From Octopus vulgaris (Eukaryota), in the NCBI GenBank assembly GCA_951406725.2, contig OX597821.1:78492001-78556000 (forward strand): 64,000 nt of DNA, in the 5' to 3' direction. This document shows, one piece after another, positions 34,250-49,272 of this stretch. A program made the translations under genes and the position numbers. The number at the start of each line of letters is the position of its first letter. Position 1 is the first letter of the stretch. The notes below the pieces were generated by a model. That model ran no database searches, was not told where the DNA came from, and saw only the letters and a list, made by a program, of their open reading frames with translations.

Positions 34250-36419
34250 ACCACAACAAAATACAAATACTAATGTTGTAACAGAACTAGAATTTGTGAC
34301 ACAACGCAAATGTTAGAAGAAATGCTTTTACACAGCGAATTCCACTGAGAAACCAAGATTGTGGAACATCATGACTCATCGCAGAAAGGAGATTTAGAAA
34401 TAGGAAATAAAAGTCCGTTGATGGTTGCTCAAGCTAAAGCTTTAAGCATTAATTTAGTTGATTCTGGATATTTATTCTATATTTTCAACGGGTAAGGGCC
34501 GCTTATATTATCAGCAAATGGACAATAATAATTATATCTTAGCAAGCTTTGTTTCCATGACGTCATAAGGTTTATATTTACCTGCAAAATTAATATAAGG
34601 ACATAACACCTCAGACAAAAGGTACAATCAGGAACTACAAAAGGTTCATTATGGAGATGGCAAACCAAAATCTTCTATAGGATTTTTGACATCCAAACAG
34701 AGAGGAATGAACACCATTGACCAGATATCCTTCTCAGCATCAGCATCAGTATTATTCCGCTTCTGCTCTCAAATGCAGCAGGTTGATGCCACTGGCTTTT
34801 GTTGGCTGCAATTTTCTCTGCCTCTGGCCATTTTATATTAACATCTCTCATTTCGGTTATGAATGTTCTGCGTCATGTAGATTTCTTTCTTTTTCTCTAA
34901 AGCTAATTTAGAATGTCTAGTTCTGGTAGTCGAAGTATGTGACCTGCTAGTTTTAATCTTAATCTTCGTTATTTGGGGATATCTCAAAGTGGTCTTGTAT
35001 TCAGGGACAATAGCGAGTCCCACCGGGAGTATAATATGAGGAGTAACAGAGGAAAGATCATCAACTGGAAACTTTTTTGACTGAAATATTATCATAAAAG
35101 AAGTAGAAAACTGTCAAAAAGAAAGGACCTTCAAACTGAAATATTTAAGATATGGGGCCTGAAAGTAGAAACGATATCAAAAATATTTGGAAATTATTAG
35201 GTATGATAAAAAACATAAAATAGATGTTATAGCGAGACTTCTAACCGCACACGTTCTCCAGAATTATAGGATCATCATGCATCCTGCACGAAGCAGTATT
35301 AATTCAACAGCACAGTCCAAATAGAACAAACTTCAAACATATAATACAATATATAACATAAGCACCTAATAAAATAAAATAGCACAACTCATGCTACATA
35401 TACTCTATAAGGTTAATGCCTAATACTTAACCAACCCACATTCCATATCCAACACAACAAATAAACACTAATATATCACAAGAAACAACATGTTGAACAC
35501 TGCAGCTATACAAATTCATGCACAGTTCTAACAGGTTAGATCTATACCCCTCCATTCCACAAAAAATGAGAACACAGAAAATGCTACAAACATTTCAGTA
35601 ACAGGGAGATGCAACAAATGGTGCAATTAAAACATGCATGAAACTATCAAAGAAATAATAACAACAACTGTTTCTAATTTAAGGACAAAGTCAGGGGTTT
35701 TGTGAGGGCATAGCCTAATACTTCATTTCCAATGTATAACTGCTGCTTTATTTTATCGATTCTGGGGTAAATTTGAACTCATAGCATGAAGAGCTGAAAG
35801 CAATACGCCCATACATTTTTCATTCGATCTACTGATTCTGCCTCTCCACACAGGCCATTTTAAATGCTAAAGTACTGACCTTCTATAATTATTTCTAAGA
35901 TAAGTACAAGATGTTATTTTTTGGGTTTCAAATATTACGTGATTCCAATATTAAGACAAGTGGGAGAAAATACAATATCTTATTTTCTAAAATAATCTGT
36001 GTGAATTTTTCACTTTACTATTATGAATCGATATGATTCGACATACATTCTCTCTCTCATAGAAATGTGACTAGTTTGTTATTACTGAAAAGCCTTTTGG
36101 TCGTAGATCTTTTTCATCACTGCTGAAATGAAGCTAAATAGCAAGATCTTGTTTATCAAAATTACACGTTATTTATATCTTCCATATCGTGAATAACAAA
36201 CGGGCTATGAGATAATTGCTAATCTCAATGGTGAAAAGTTAAACTCATCGATTCAAAGAAGAACTGAATGTCATAAATACACAGACACGCCAGAAATAAA
36301 CAGACATCCTTATAATCGTTAAAATTTATTTAAATCTGACATTTTACATTTAACATATTTATTAATTGTTATAATGTGAATATTTAATATTTAGTATGTG
36401 AATATTTAATATTTTCATT

Positions 36420-37403
36420 TTTCAATAACGGACCCTATTAAGCATGCTACTGATCAGATGGCGAATATTTTCTTCGGGAATTTCTTGCCAAGATTCATGC
36501 AGTAATGTCAAAAAATCTGGTTTTGAGGATGCTTTCATGTTATTTTTACGAAGTGCCGTGTCCATTATGTCCCAGATGTAGGATTCATATCTGGTAACTA
36601 GCTTGGCCTTGGAAGCTTTTAAATGCCATTCTCATCCAACAAATCTTGAGTCTTTTTAGCCATGTGACAAGGAGCCCCATCTTCCATAAATAACGAGTCT
36701 CTTTTAATCATTTTACCCCTGGAGAAGATTGGAAGGAATCACTTCGGCAACATGGACACATATATATTTGAGTTTATGTTTCCCTGACACTCCACCAGCT
36801 TTGTTGAACCATTACTCCAAATTGTTCCCCAAACTATCACAGAATATCTGCCGTGTTTCATTGTTGACTGCAATCGCCTCACATCAAATTCTTGACCATA
36901 AAGTCTCCAGATCGAAATTCGACAACTGTCAGAAAATACAGCAAATCTGGACTCATCAGAGAATATGACAGTGTTCCAAAATGCTAGTGGCCTCTCCACC
37001 ATTTCCTGTGTTTCAATATCTTCTCCGCTCAATATTGGCTTGCCGAAGATGTGGCTTCCTTCTTGCTGCTCAGTCATAATAGCCAAGTTTGTGGCGATAC
37101 CTGACAGCTGTTCTAGGACTGACATCAACCTGGTCTGCTATGCCACAGGCTTTGCAACTAGTATTATCTCCACACTTCTCTTAACAAAGCGAATGGCCCT
37201 GTCAGAAGAACTTAGTCGACCTGGGTGAGATTATGTGGACACCTTCCCTTCTCTGGTGAATTGCGCAATTACTCTATTAACGGTAGAAAGGGGGGTCCCA
37301 CGTTTTTCTGCAATTTACGCTGGCGACGTCTACTTTCAGATTGACTGACAATACGGCCCCTTTGAAATTCGAATAGTTCTAGGGTTTCTTTTGTACGTGA
37401 CAT
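36420..37403 (-). pseudogene. Decayed Tc1-family transposase
   Basis: MSRTKE.LELFEFQRGRIV start, then VIFSDESRF, VIVWGTIWSNG and FMEDGAPCH. Confidence 0.85.
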
Positions 37404-37572
37404 GATTAAACAGGCACATATAGAAACTGAATCATAAAAATGTCAATTAACAAAAACATATATACTATTCATATAATGATGTTATATGAGGTGTCTATTT
37501 ATTTCTCTCATGTTTGGGCATCGTTGTTCAAATTTTCATACTGAAAAACCTTGTTCTATTTGTCAATTGTAG

Positions 37573-37682
37573 TATCACAGAACCGTATTTTCGCATCGAT
37601 TTTGGACAAACTTCTAATTACGGTGAGTGGATGGAAGCCACAGCGATGAATGGAATGTACAAAATTGCTTACGGTTACAATG
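37573..37682 (+). CDS. Coding exon 5 of the PAN-domain gene
   Basis: ttgtag|T..G|gtatgt, 110 nt, phase 2-1; (D)ITEPYFRIDFGQTSNYGEWMEATAMNGMYKIAYGYN. Confidence 0.72.
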
Positions 37683-37788
37683 GTATGTAAAATGTATCGT
37701 TCTCATTGTGAGTGCAAATAATTGTATGTCTGTATATTATGTATCTATGAGTACGAGTATATGTTTCTTTGTATACACACGCACACAC

Positions 37789-37868
<80 letters not shown>

Positions 37869-38179
37869 CTTTGTCTTGGGAGAGTCAAAGTGCCTTAATA
37901 TAACACTCTCCCCAGACAGAACGAAATTTGTTTCAACTGACGTATTCACATAAGGAATTTTGCAAACCAAATACAAAAACGAAGTAAATATGCGTGTGTG
38001 TACGTGTACGAATAGGATGTATATATATATATATATATATAAGTGTGTGTGTGTGTGTATATGAATGTATGAATAGGATATAGTTATACATGAGTGTATG
38101 TGTGTGTGTGCGTGCGTGTGGAAAAGTATGCATGTTTGAATACTACCTATTTTTATACAAGCTATGTTTGGATTACATA

Positions 38180-39218
38180 CATACACACATACACATGTTA
38201 ATTCACTCGTCGGATAATAATTCCAAATTGGCACATGATTCTCATAAACCACCAATCTTTTCTTCTCGAGGCACAAGGCCCGAAATTTGGGGGTGGGGCA
38301 GACGATTAGATCGACCCCAGTACGCATCTAGGACTTAATTTATCGCCCTAGAAAAGATAAAAGGCAAAGTCGACTTCTGTGGAATTTGAACTCAGAATGT
38401 AGAGACAGACGAAATACCTCTAATCATTTCACCCTGGGTGTTAACGTTTCTGCCAGCACGCCACCTTATGAGACCACCAAAACTTCAATAAGAAAAGGGT
38501 TCGGTGGAATACCGCATTGTCTGTCGTAAATAACAAGGTACGCGTTGAGGTCTTAGGTAGAGGAGTTCGTTTGAAACATATATGGAGTCTCCACCGAACG
38601 CTGAAACAACCAGCATTAAGTCTTGAAATGTGCTGAGGGGTGTGGGGTGAGAGCAGAAGGGATACGTGTCCCAGCATGCCGAAATGGGTCCCAGAGGAAA
38701 CAACCGTTAAAGATTGGGATTTAGAGTGTTACAACTCTAGCAGACTAGAGGAGGAGGTTAAACTCTATCTGCTACCTATAGGTAGTGTCTCTTCTGCTAA
38801 GTTCCGTGGTTCTGGCACTGTAGATTTGGATAGAAGGTGGAAACTTCCTTAGTCAGGGGTGGTGCCAACTACGTCCTCCCTTGTTGGGGTGGGGATACTC
38901 TCAGGTGCGGGCAGTTGTGTTGTGTTATGCAGTGGATCCCATTAGGTGGGAAAGTTTGTCTCCTAAAACTTAGACTGAAAGAAGGGTCGCTGTGACTTTT
39001 GCAGGATATGCACCAAAGAATAAGATCATATACAAACCCTTCCATTGATGAAGTCACCGCAGCATTAAATGTAATTTCTACTGGAAATGCGATCTCTAAT
39101 AAAAGTATATATGGTATATGAATACTTTAGGAAAGATGCCAACGATAAATTTTGTCATTGTCTCGAATCGTCATTTGAGTCTATGATGGACGTTCGGGTA
39201 AAGGCAAGAGCGGAGCTA
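38180..39218. repeat. Unclassified dispersed repeat, left half (continues at 44285-44945)
   Basis: Colinear with 51600-52425; interrupted by a SINE flanked by an accaccaa duplication. Confidence 0.85.
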
Positions 39219-41880
39219 TCTATCTTTATATATATAAAACTGAGAATCTGTGTCAGCCTGTCTGTCTGTCTCCCACATCAATATCATATCTTCTCCAATA
39301 CGATTCCCTAAAACTTGAGAACTACACAATCAATTCCATTCAAATTTTACACATGCCTTACTTAGGGTCAATGTAGTTTCATGCGCAAAAAAATGTTCAA
39401 CTTCTTGCCTAGAGCGAGCCCATAGCAATATCATATCTTCTCCACTATTTCAGTATTACGTGTTAAAAGTGAAACAAAAACGTTTCTCTATTTTATGTCA
39501 AATACTTTCACTTTAACAATAAAAATAATAATAACAATTGAATTATATCTAGTAAGTAATAATTAAAATCAAACTAAAGTATAATATAATCGTAACATAA
39601 AAAAATTAAAAATTGCAATTGGTATAAAATTGCATCAATGACTTGAACTTGAATAAGTGGTTTCACATGAATGGGAATAAATTAAAAATATAATTAGCGT
39701 GCAGAAATGGAATAGTCCAGATGGATAATAAAAAATTAAATTAAAGAAGACTATTGTGTATAAATTATACAATGTAGAGAAACAAGAAGATTTGAATACA
39801 TGGAGGAAAGCACCTTCGAAAAGTGTCTTGGTGCGACTCCGAACGGTATCTAATCAGAGGCGGTAAATTCGCCACAATAGAAGCAAGGTTCGAGTCAACG
39901 GAGCGTGCAAGGGAGTACTCGACTCGAACTTGCAAAGTGGAAATATTTTACTTTTACCTTTATATCAGGGACGTAGGACGTCCCGGAAAAAAATTAAAAA
40001 TGCTTCCCCTCCTCCCCGAAGTAGAAGTAGGCTGGATTGTAGCCACAGGTCTATACAAGAGGGAGGACGAGATACAATTGATCGAAATTATAAGAGATGG
40101 GCTAACAATTCCAGTCTGTAATATATTTTCAGTATTGTTATCACTAGCGATATCAAGATATAACTTTGTATTTTGTATTTTACGTGTCGATGTATATATA
40201 TAGATGTACATGTAATATGTACACATATATATACACATATATACATGCACTAGCACTATGACCCAGCAACGATGGGTCTTTAATGCTAGTATATATATAA
40301 AACTGAGAATGTGTGTGTATGTGTGTCTCTGTCTGTCTGTGTGTTTCCCTAAAACTTGAGAACTACTCAACCAATTTCATTCAAATTGTACACATGCCTT
40401 ACTTAGGGTCCATATAGTTTCATGGGCAAAAAAAGTCCAACTTCTTGCCTAGAGCGAGCCCATAGCAATATCATATCTTCTCCACTATTTCAGTATTACG
40501 TGTTAAAAGTGAAACAAAACATTTCTCTATTTTATGTCAAATACTTTCACTTTAACAATAAAAATAATAATAACAATGGAATTATATCTAGTAAGTAATA
40601 ATTAAAATCAAACTAAAGTATAATATAATCGTAACATAAAAAAATTAAAAATTGCAATTGGTATAAAATTGCATCAATGACTTGAACTTGAATATGTGGT
40701 TTCACATGAATGGGAATAAATTAAAAATATAATTAGCGTGCAGAAATGGAATAGTCCAGATGGATAATAAAAAATTAAATTAAAGAAAAGACCATTGTCT
40801 ATAAAGTATACAATGTAGAGAAAAAAGATTTGAACACATGGAGGAAAGCACCTTCGAAAAGTGTCTTGGTGCGACTATGAAAGACATCTAATCAGAGGCG
40901 GTAAATTCGCCACAATAAAAGCAAGGTTCGAGTCAACGGAGCGTGCAAGGGAGTACTCGACTCGAACTTGCAAAGTTCCGGAAAAAAATTAAAAGTCCTT
41001 CCCCCCCAGTAGTAGAGGTAGGCTGGATTGTAGCCACACGTCTATACAAGAGGGAGGACAAGATACAATTGATCAAAATTACTAGAGGCGGGCTAACAAT
41101 TCCAGTATGTTATATATTTTGAGTATTGTTATCACTGGTGATATCAAGATATAACTTTGTTTTTTGTATTTTATGTGTAGATGTATATATATATATAGAT
41201 GTACATGTAATATGTACACACATATATACACATATATACATGCACTAGCACTATGACCCGGCAACGACGGGTCATAATGCTAGTATATATATATATATAA
41301 AACTGAGAATGTGTGTGTATGTATGTCTCTGTCTGTCTGTGTGAATCCCTAAAATTTGAGAACAACATCACCAATTTCATTCAAATTTTACACATGACTT
41401 ACTTAAGGTCCATGGAGGGTCATGGGCCAAAAACAAACATTTTAACTTCCTGCCTAGGGCGAGCCCATAGCAATATCATATCTTCTCTGTGAATCCTTAA
41501 AACTTGAGAACTACACATCCAATTTCATTCAAATTTTACACATGCCTGATTTTGGGTCAATGTAGTGTCATGGGCAAAGAAATTTTTAACTTTTTGCCTA
41601 GGGCGACCCCACAGCAATATCATATCTTCTCTCCTATTTCAGTATTACGTGTTAAAAATGAAACAAAAACATCTCTATATTGTAATGTAGGTTGCTTTCA
41701 CTTTAATAATGAAATTACTAAAGTCAAACTATTATATAAGAGGCATGAACCATTAACAGTGGACATCCGTTTTGCTAGAAGATCCGCTATGGTCTTATAT
41801 GCTACACCACTGGTTTTCGATTCATATCAATCAAATTTATATTCAATTTTTCACTTTTAATATTTAAAATTTAAGTTTAA

Positions 41881-41932
<52 letters not shown>

Positions 41933-42627
41933 ACATATACATACATATATATCGATGTATATATATGGATGTATATATATACATGTATATATAAAGGTGT
42001 ATATATATACATGCATATGTATAGCTGTATATCTATACATGTATTTGTATAGATGTATTTCTATAGATATACATATGTATACATGTATGTGTAGATGTAT
42101 ATATATAGATGCACATGTAATATGTACACATATATATACACATATATACATGCATACATATATACACCCATACACACATACACCCCCACACACACATACA
42201 GGTGCAGGTGTGGCTGTGTGATAACAAACTTGGTTCCAAAACACATGGTCCGCAGTTCAGTCCCACTGTGTGGTAACTTGGCATGTGTCTTCTGCTATAG
42301 CCTCAAAACAAACAAAGCCTTGTCAGTGGATTCTGTAGACGGAAACTGAAAGAAATCAATTGTATGTATATGCATGTATATATGTAAGTCTATGTGTGTG
42401 TCTTTGTGTTTCTCCCTCATCACTGCTTCACAACTGGTGTTCGTTTATTTACATCCCCATAACTGGTTTCACAAGAAGAAACTGATAGAATAAGTATCAG
42501 GCTTATCAAAATAAATGAAAGCACTAGGCAGTGTCTCATATATTTGTTTGCCCACACAGTTGTATCTATCAATTTGTCTTTGTGTGTGTGTGTATGTGTG
42601 TGTGTACATATATGTGTATATAAATAA

Positions 42628-42677
<50 letters not shown>

Positions 42678-42937
42678 ATATATGTGTGTTTGTTTGTGTG
42701 CGTCAGTGTATGTGTATGTATATATGTAAGTGTATGTGTGTGACTTTGTCTCTGTATTTCGCCCTCATACCTGCTTCACAGCTGCTGTTCATTTATTTAC
42801 ATCCACATAACTTACTGGTTTCACAAGAACAAACAAATAGAATAAGTCCCAGGTTTATCAACATAAAAAAAGCACTAGGCTGTGTCTCATATTTTTGTTC
42901 ACCCACTCACTTTGTTTGTATCTATCAATTTATCTTT

Positions 42938-42979
<42 letters not shown>

Positions 42980-44284
42980 TGGGGGCCTTAATTCCCAAAT
43001 TTTAGTCCTTTCTTTTATGATCCAAAACTAGGTCAAAAGTACTGAAGGGACCTTTATGAAATTTGGAAATTATATTCTATGTATAAGGGCCATAAGCTCC
43101 ATGACAATTCATATATTTTTGCTGTTGATGAAATTTTAACCATAGATATTAGACACAATTGAAGTAATATTTATAAAATTCCATCATCTTACAAGTAAGA
43201 AAGACTCACCCATCGGGACTTAACACCCACAATTTTGTCATTTTACCTAAGCAAAAACGGATACAGTTGTGCTCTTGGAAGCTGTAGGGTTACCCGAGCA
43301 TAAAAGATGAGCATTATTTGTAATTCAGTGATACAACAGTGTAACAGTTTGCTTTGACATACACTTACATTGTGATTTCTGCAATGTGGTGCATAAATTG
43401 TCGAGTAAATGAGAGGCAACTTTGCCTGCACTGATTCAGTTGAAAAGTGTTGAGTAAAGTTATTTGATTACAGACCTCCTTTCAGTCTTTTTATTATCAC
43501 TGGGTCAAACATAGTCCCAGATGGTAACATTGATTTCAAGGCCTTCCCAGATGAGTGACTGGTTATTCAAAGACATTTATAGATTTTATATTTATTCTGT
43601 CCAGTTACGTATCAGGATAGTGGTCATTTGCAAACTCCAGAGGTGACACTTTCATTTCTCCTCAGCCCTTATGTCACACAGATGTTAATGTTTATTTCAG
43701 TTGGGTCACGCCCTTCCAATTGCTATGCATTCGTAATGCATCTTACGGCTGTGCCTGTCACCTCCATGGTGAGTAATACTACATTGGGAGTGGTAACGAC
43801 TAGGGTAGGGTAGCTGACTGCTTATTGTGATCATTCGTCTTTTGGTTTCCTGTAGCTTTTCTCTCTTTTACAAACCCAGTGAACATATATTTCCGATTTC
43901 AAAGAATTTCAAACAATAGATATAAGCCCCAAGTTAAAAAGATTCTCAACAATTCAACTTCTCTGGTTGATATTAAGATGCCCACTCCCAACAGGGGCCT
44001 TAACTCTCACATTTTAGAGCTCCATGACCTTCATTTTTCAGGAGCAAAATCTTTTTAAAAGGTTCAATAAGACTGGAATTTTGGAATATGCGCATAAAAA
44101 TCAGTAGTATGGGATACATGTGACACGATTACAATTTTTTAGGGTGTGTAAAGAGGGAAATAAACCTCATCTGCAATTTTGATGAAATTCGAAACAGATA
44201 TTTCAGTTCATTACAGAAAATATTACAGAAAAGTCTAATTCTTCAAGTGAATGTAACAAGGGCAACACCGGGTATCTCTGCTAG
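39219..44284 (+). mobile_element. Composite Helitron insertion: tandem non-autonomous units (39219-40289, 40290-41283, partial third) plus cargo
   Basis: 5' TC; 3' hairpin atgacccg-gcaacga-cgggtcat followed by CTAG; final CTAG at 44281-44284. Inserted at A|T without a TSD. Confidence 0.8.
42200..42515 (+). mobile_element. Diverged tRNA-derived SINE
   Basis: Homologous to 28661-29092. Confidence 0.75.
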
Positions 44285-44945
44285 TTAACTGATAAAACTG
44301 ATAAACACTCAATCGTCTGCAACTTGAGACTGTCTACGACAGGAAGAATTGAAAAACCGATAATTCAAGTAGTACTTACCGGAGAAAGGGCTAAATCTTG
44401 GCAGATGAAAACTCGGGAACAAATATGCGGACACGTTAGCATCGAAATTCAAAGACATTCCAGTACAAATTGAGCAGGTCAAAAACGGAGTGGATGTTCT
44501 TTTGTTACACAGTTTCTTCTGTTGAATAATTCTGTGGACGAACGTTTCTCGATGTGACACCAGATGGTAAAGTGGCCCTCTGATTATACCAAGAAGGATG
44601 TTTATAAAGCTTAGCTTGGAAACAGATCTTCTCTTTTGCGCAGACGATTCACCAAGTAGCGAAAAGTTGCAGCAGATAAAATACAAACGTCGAAGGCCAA
44701 GTCATGCGAGGACTTTAGGGTTAAGCTGCACTCTGAGTGTATAATGCCGAGTAAAGTATTGTGGTAGAGCATCTTCCGTCTTCCTAACAAAAATCCCTCT
44801 TCTATGCGTTCCATTAAGAATTCTGCCGTAGGTTTTCTCTCTACAGACCAGAGATGGAGATAATACTTTACTGATCTTTTAAGTTCAGTCACAATAAAAT
44901 CTGGTTCCCATGAGATGTATTTACGGGCGAAGACTAATCTCGAGA
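44285..44945. repeat. Unclassified dispersed repeat, right half
   Basis: Colinear with 52426-53075. Confidence 0.85.
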
Positions 44946-45021
44946 AACAAAAAACGTCCTACTGCATAGCCGCCATAATTCATGTATATAATACATATAT
45001 GCAATAATAGCATAGCATAAC

Positions 45022-45071
<50 letters not shown>

Positions 45072-45545
45072 GGATGGATGGATGGATGGATGGATGGGTG
45101 GATGGATAGATATATCCTGGTGTGTATGCATGGCACGTATGTATCTTTGTGTGTTTCAACACACACATATGCATGCATATATATGTGTCCCTCTTCTATT
45201 GCTTAATTATTATAAGTAATCCACTGAAGAGGAAGCCGGTTTTCAACAAAGGTACAATACTCCATCTTTGAGATGTAGTTAACACTAATTCGCATTTGGA
45301 ACTTCTATGTTCCTCTCCAAGATTGGACTTGTAATCTACAAATCAGTCGGTTAGTATCTCTTACTGAAAATCCCAGTTTATCCAGATTCTCCTCTAAGAA
45401 TTTGCTAACAAAACCTAGTACTCCGATTTTATTATTAGTATGAATATGAATTCATCGTTTGCATATATAGGCTGATAGTTTCGAACCTCTTGTCCATAGA
45501 TATCATCTTTCTCTTTGATTTTCAAAGAGATATTTATATTTGCAG

Positions 45546-45887
45546 GGTTGGTAACCTCTAGAATAGCACATAATTATGAGCTTCAGTGCCAAACAACATT
45601 ATCTGTCCTGTTTTGCCGACATTTGACTGAAGTTTTGATGGGAATATTCCACCAGTATTCCTTGTATGTATGTATGTATGTATGTATGTTTGTATGTATG
45701 TATGTATGTATGTATGTATGTATGTATGTATGTATGTATGCATGTATGTATGTATGTATGTATGATTGCATGTATATACGTATGTATGATAATTGAAATA
45801 TACAGAGTAACTTCATTAATTTTTAATAGTTTTTCTTTCTTTTCTATTTCAGGCAAAAAATGTTTATTTGAAGACTTGATCATCTAA
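45546..45887 (+). CDS. Candidate terminal exons (45546-45663 and 45853 onward) of the PAN-domain gene
   Basis: ttgcag|GG..TT|gtatgt (phase 1-2, open) and a strong acceptor ttttctatttcag at 45852. Both routes are phase-compatible with exon 5, and attaaa lies at about 45913. No recognisable motif. Confidence 0.35.
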
Positions 45888-46699
45888 GTCATTTTCAAGT
45901 AGAATACATTTTATTAAAGAAATTGTTTATTATTATATTCTTACACACGCATATATATACATATATACATACATGTGTATGTACTTAAATACGTACATAC
46001 GTAAAACGCATATCCACAGATAAATTCACAGAGAACTAGACAAACAGAGGGAATGCAAAGAACAATAAAATTAGATATTACAAGAAAGACAAGGTTCAAC
46101 GTAAGTGGTATTAACTTAACGCTTTAATGGGAATAGAAATACTTGTAACATTACGGACGTGAGACCTTTACTGGAAAAAAGACAAAAGCATGTGGGACTG
46201 CCTAAACGGAGTTGTCAGTGAGAGAGAGAAAGAAGCAGACGAAGTGTTAGGGAATGCGGTTCTATGAAAGGAAGTTAAGAAGGAAGGAGAGGTGGATGTT
46301 TATGTGCAAGTATAGACGAGTATTAATGTGTGGTAAATGACACATAAGAAACTGGTATGTGAGTGGTGGTTTGGCATGAGTGATGGAAGCGCGGATGTGT
46401 GAAGATATAGAACCGAACGAGAATTTTAACTAAATAAGAGGGCAACTGGAATGTGTAAGGTGTGGTAGATGTGTGTGTGTGTGTGTGTGTAACAAAATGA
46501 GCATGATATGTTTCTTTCAGAGAAAGAAGTCATGAGTTAAGAAAGGCAAAAGAGACAGAAAAGCCATGAGTCCTGTGAGAGAATGTATGAAAAAATATTT
46601 TAAATTGCTAGAAATCAAAATTAAATAAGAGACAAATACACATACAAATATATATATATACATGCACACACACACGCACACACACACACACATATATAT

Positions 46700-47570
46700 A
46701 TTAGGGAGTATAACTCCAAACTTACAGGGAAAAATCAATTTAGTATTAAATCAAATTTCACAATATAAATATATAATATATATAAATTAGAGAAAAACCA
46801 CTATTATGCAATTCAAACAATGATAGACACAAACCAAATCATGAATAAAAAATAAAATATATTTTAAAACATATAACTAGATCACAAAATGTACAAAAAT
46901 GAATGAACAATTTATAATAAGTAAAAAGACTACGTACGTTTCATGGCTATAATTTAAATTCGAATTATAATCAAATTTAAATTTAATCGAAAAACAATTC
47001 AGTAAAAAATTATAGTCACTCCTCATGTCAACAATAACAACAATAATAGTTAAATAAATAAGCAAATAGAATTAAACAATATTTCTTAAAGAAATACGAT
47101 CATGAGTGTTCTTATAGAAGAAACTTCATTAACTAAATTTGAAACTTAAAACATTAGGACCTGGTGCCTAAAGTACATTTATCATGTTTTATATTTAAGG
47201 TAAAAAAATGGAGTAAATAGATAGAAAAGTATTTATCTGTGAAGATATAATTTAACTTTAAGAAAAAAACATTAATAAACTATAGAATATCTTTACCCTA
47301 GCTATACTCTAAAATTTAATCACCAAACTATTTTACAAAACAATCACGCTTAATATTTTTAGATTTTCGTTCATATATAATAATTATAGAATAATAAAAT
47401 TATAAAATCATATAAAATTACGTATCTAAATTATGATCAACAAATATAGCAATTAGAAATCCATATTTTTTCAATCAATAAACATAAATAAATGAATAAG
47501 TTACTCCATTATTACTTTAATAAAAATTATAGATATCATTCCGAAAATATTTATGAAATATTTATGAAAC
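46700..47570 (-). mobile_element. AT-rich hammerhead-bearing repeat (family of 23850-25995)
   Basis: Shared aaaaccactatta..caaaca.tgatagaca and ctacgtacgtttcatggctata. Confidence 0.75.
46928..47029 (-). ncRNA. Hammerhead motif with C3-to-A core change and long stem II
   Basis: Reverse complement reads gac ATGAGGA gtgactataatt..aattatagccat GAAAC gtac GTA gtc. Confidence 0.6.
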
Positions 47571-47575
47571 ATATA

Positions 47576-48812
47576 TCAGGTTGGCAACTAAATTTATTTA
47601 AATTAAAATTCTTTTAAATGTTTAAAAAAATAACAACTAATTAATCAATAATGTATTTACCCTTGTTATTTACAACTTCTTCCCAACGTTCAACAAGATT
47701 TTCAATACCTCGTTGTGAGAAATCACTTGATTTCGACTCGGAAAATTGATCCAGCCAAGCTCGCAATTCTGCATCAGAATTGGACGAAACTCCGTTCATA
47801 GCATTTGAAATAGATTGAAAGAGGTGGAATTCCTTGGTGCCAAATCAGGAGAGTACGGTGGGTGTGGCAGCACTTCCCAGCAATGCGTTTGAATGGCTTC
47901 CTTGGCCATATTGGCGACATGAGGGCGGGCGTTGTTGTGCAGCAGAAGAACTTCATGCTGCCGTTTGGGTCTTTTCTCTTGAATAGCCGTGCTAAGTCGT
48001 TCCATCTGTAGACCATAGAGTTCCATGTTGAACGTTTGGTTCTGTTCAAGCAATTCGTAATGGATAATCCCTTCCCAGTCCCACCATACGCACAACATCG
48101 TTTTACACAGATGAAGATCTTGTTTTACGCGCTGTGTCGCTTGTTTACCGGGGCTAAGCCATTCTTTACGCTGCTTCACATTGATGTACAGGTACCATTT
48201 TTCGTCGGCAGTAACCATTCGGTAAGGAAATCGTTGCTTGTGTCCATGAATTGAGCGGTGACGAGCAAGCAAACCAGCGGAGATTGTGGCTGGTTGATTT
48301 TTGTTGTTGTCAGTTAAAGCATGGGAAAACCATGCTCCATACTTCTGAACCTTTCCCTTCGAGTGAAGATGCTTCTCTATAGCAGTGTGGGAGCATTCCA
48401 TCTTCTCTGCCAGCTCCCTTGTCGCTTGACGATAATTTTCGTGCAAAAGTTGGTTTAATCGTTCTTCATCGAACTCAAATGGACGGCCAGAACGAGATGC
48501 GTCTTTGAGGTCAAAATTTCCATTTTTGAACTTGACATACCAATCACGAGCGGTTCTTTCAGCTATGACACCCTCTCCAAATGTCACGAGAAGCTTTTGC
48601 GGCCTTAGAACCTTTATTAAAAGCAAAAAGGTGGTGAAAATGCTCGTTTTTCTTAACTTGACATTCCATTTCAATGATCTGAAAATAAACAAAAATTAAA
48701 TAAATTTACTAGAAAAAAATCAAAATAGATTCCAGAATGATTAAAAAATAGAATTCTCGATAAAATAGATTCCAAAATATAAAAAACGGCGGAAACTTAG
48801 TTGCCAACTCGA
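47576..48812 (-). mobile_element. Full-length defective mariner element
   Basis: TIRs tcaggttggcaactaa / ttagttgccaactcga flanked by TA. ORF has TADEKW, LHNNARPH (D to N) and YSPDLAP, then a frameshift. Confidence 0.93.
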
Positions 48813-49215
48813 TATATATAGTTACTCCTCGCAATATAGCGGTTCACCTCTTATAGTATATTATCTAAGCTTACGCCGATTTCTCCGTGGTGTTATTTTG
48901 CCTTTGTAAGAAAATAAATATATACAAATTATAAAAAGATTCTTTAATATATACACTACATTACTGTTTCTACTTAGCGGATTTTCACCTATTGCGTGGG
49001 GTTTTGGAACGTAACACCCGCGATAGTCGAGAGATTACTGTACATATGTATATTAATATTTGTATGTATGTCAAGTTATAAAAGGAATTTAACGTTAAAC
49101 TGAAGGAGCATCTTTTTGTAGGTGACATATTTATTAATCTTAAACCTTTTACAAAGAGACGGGAAACAGTGACTTCGAAATTCCTACCAGCTAGCCTTCG
49201 TCATATTGTCTACAG

Positions 49216-49272
<57 letters not shown>

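Noticed and set aside
43701-43768. Exon-like segment with tttcag acceptor and gtgagt donor
   Set aside because: It lies inside the Helitron composite and has no recognisable protein motif. Cryptic use cannot be excluded.
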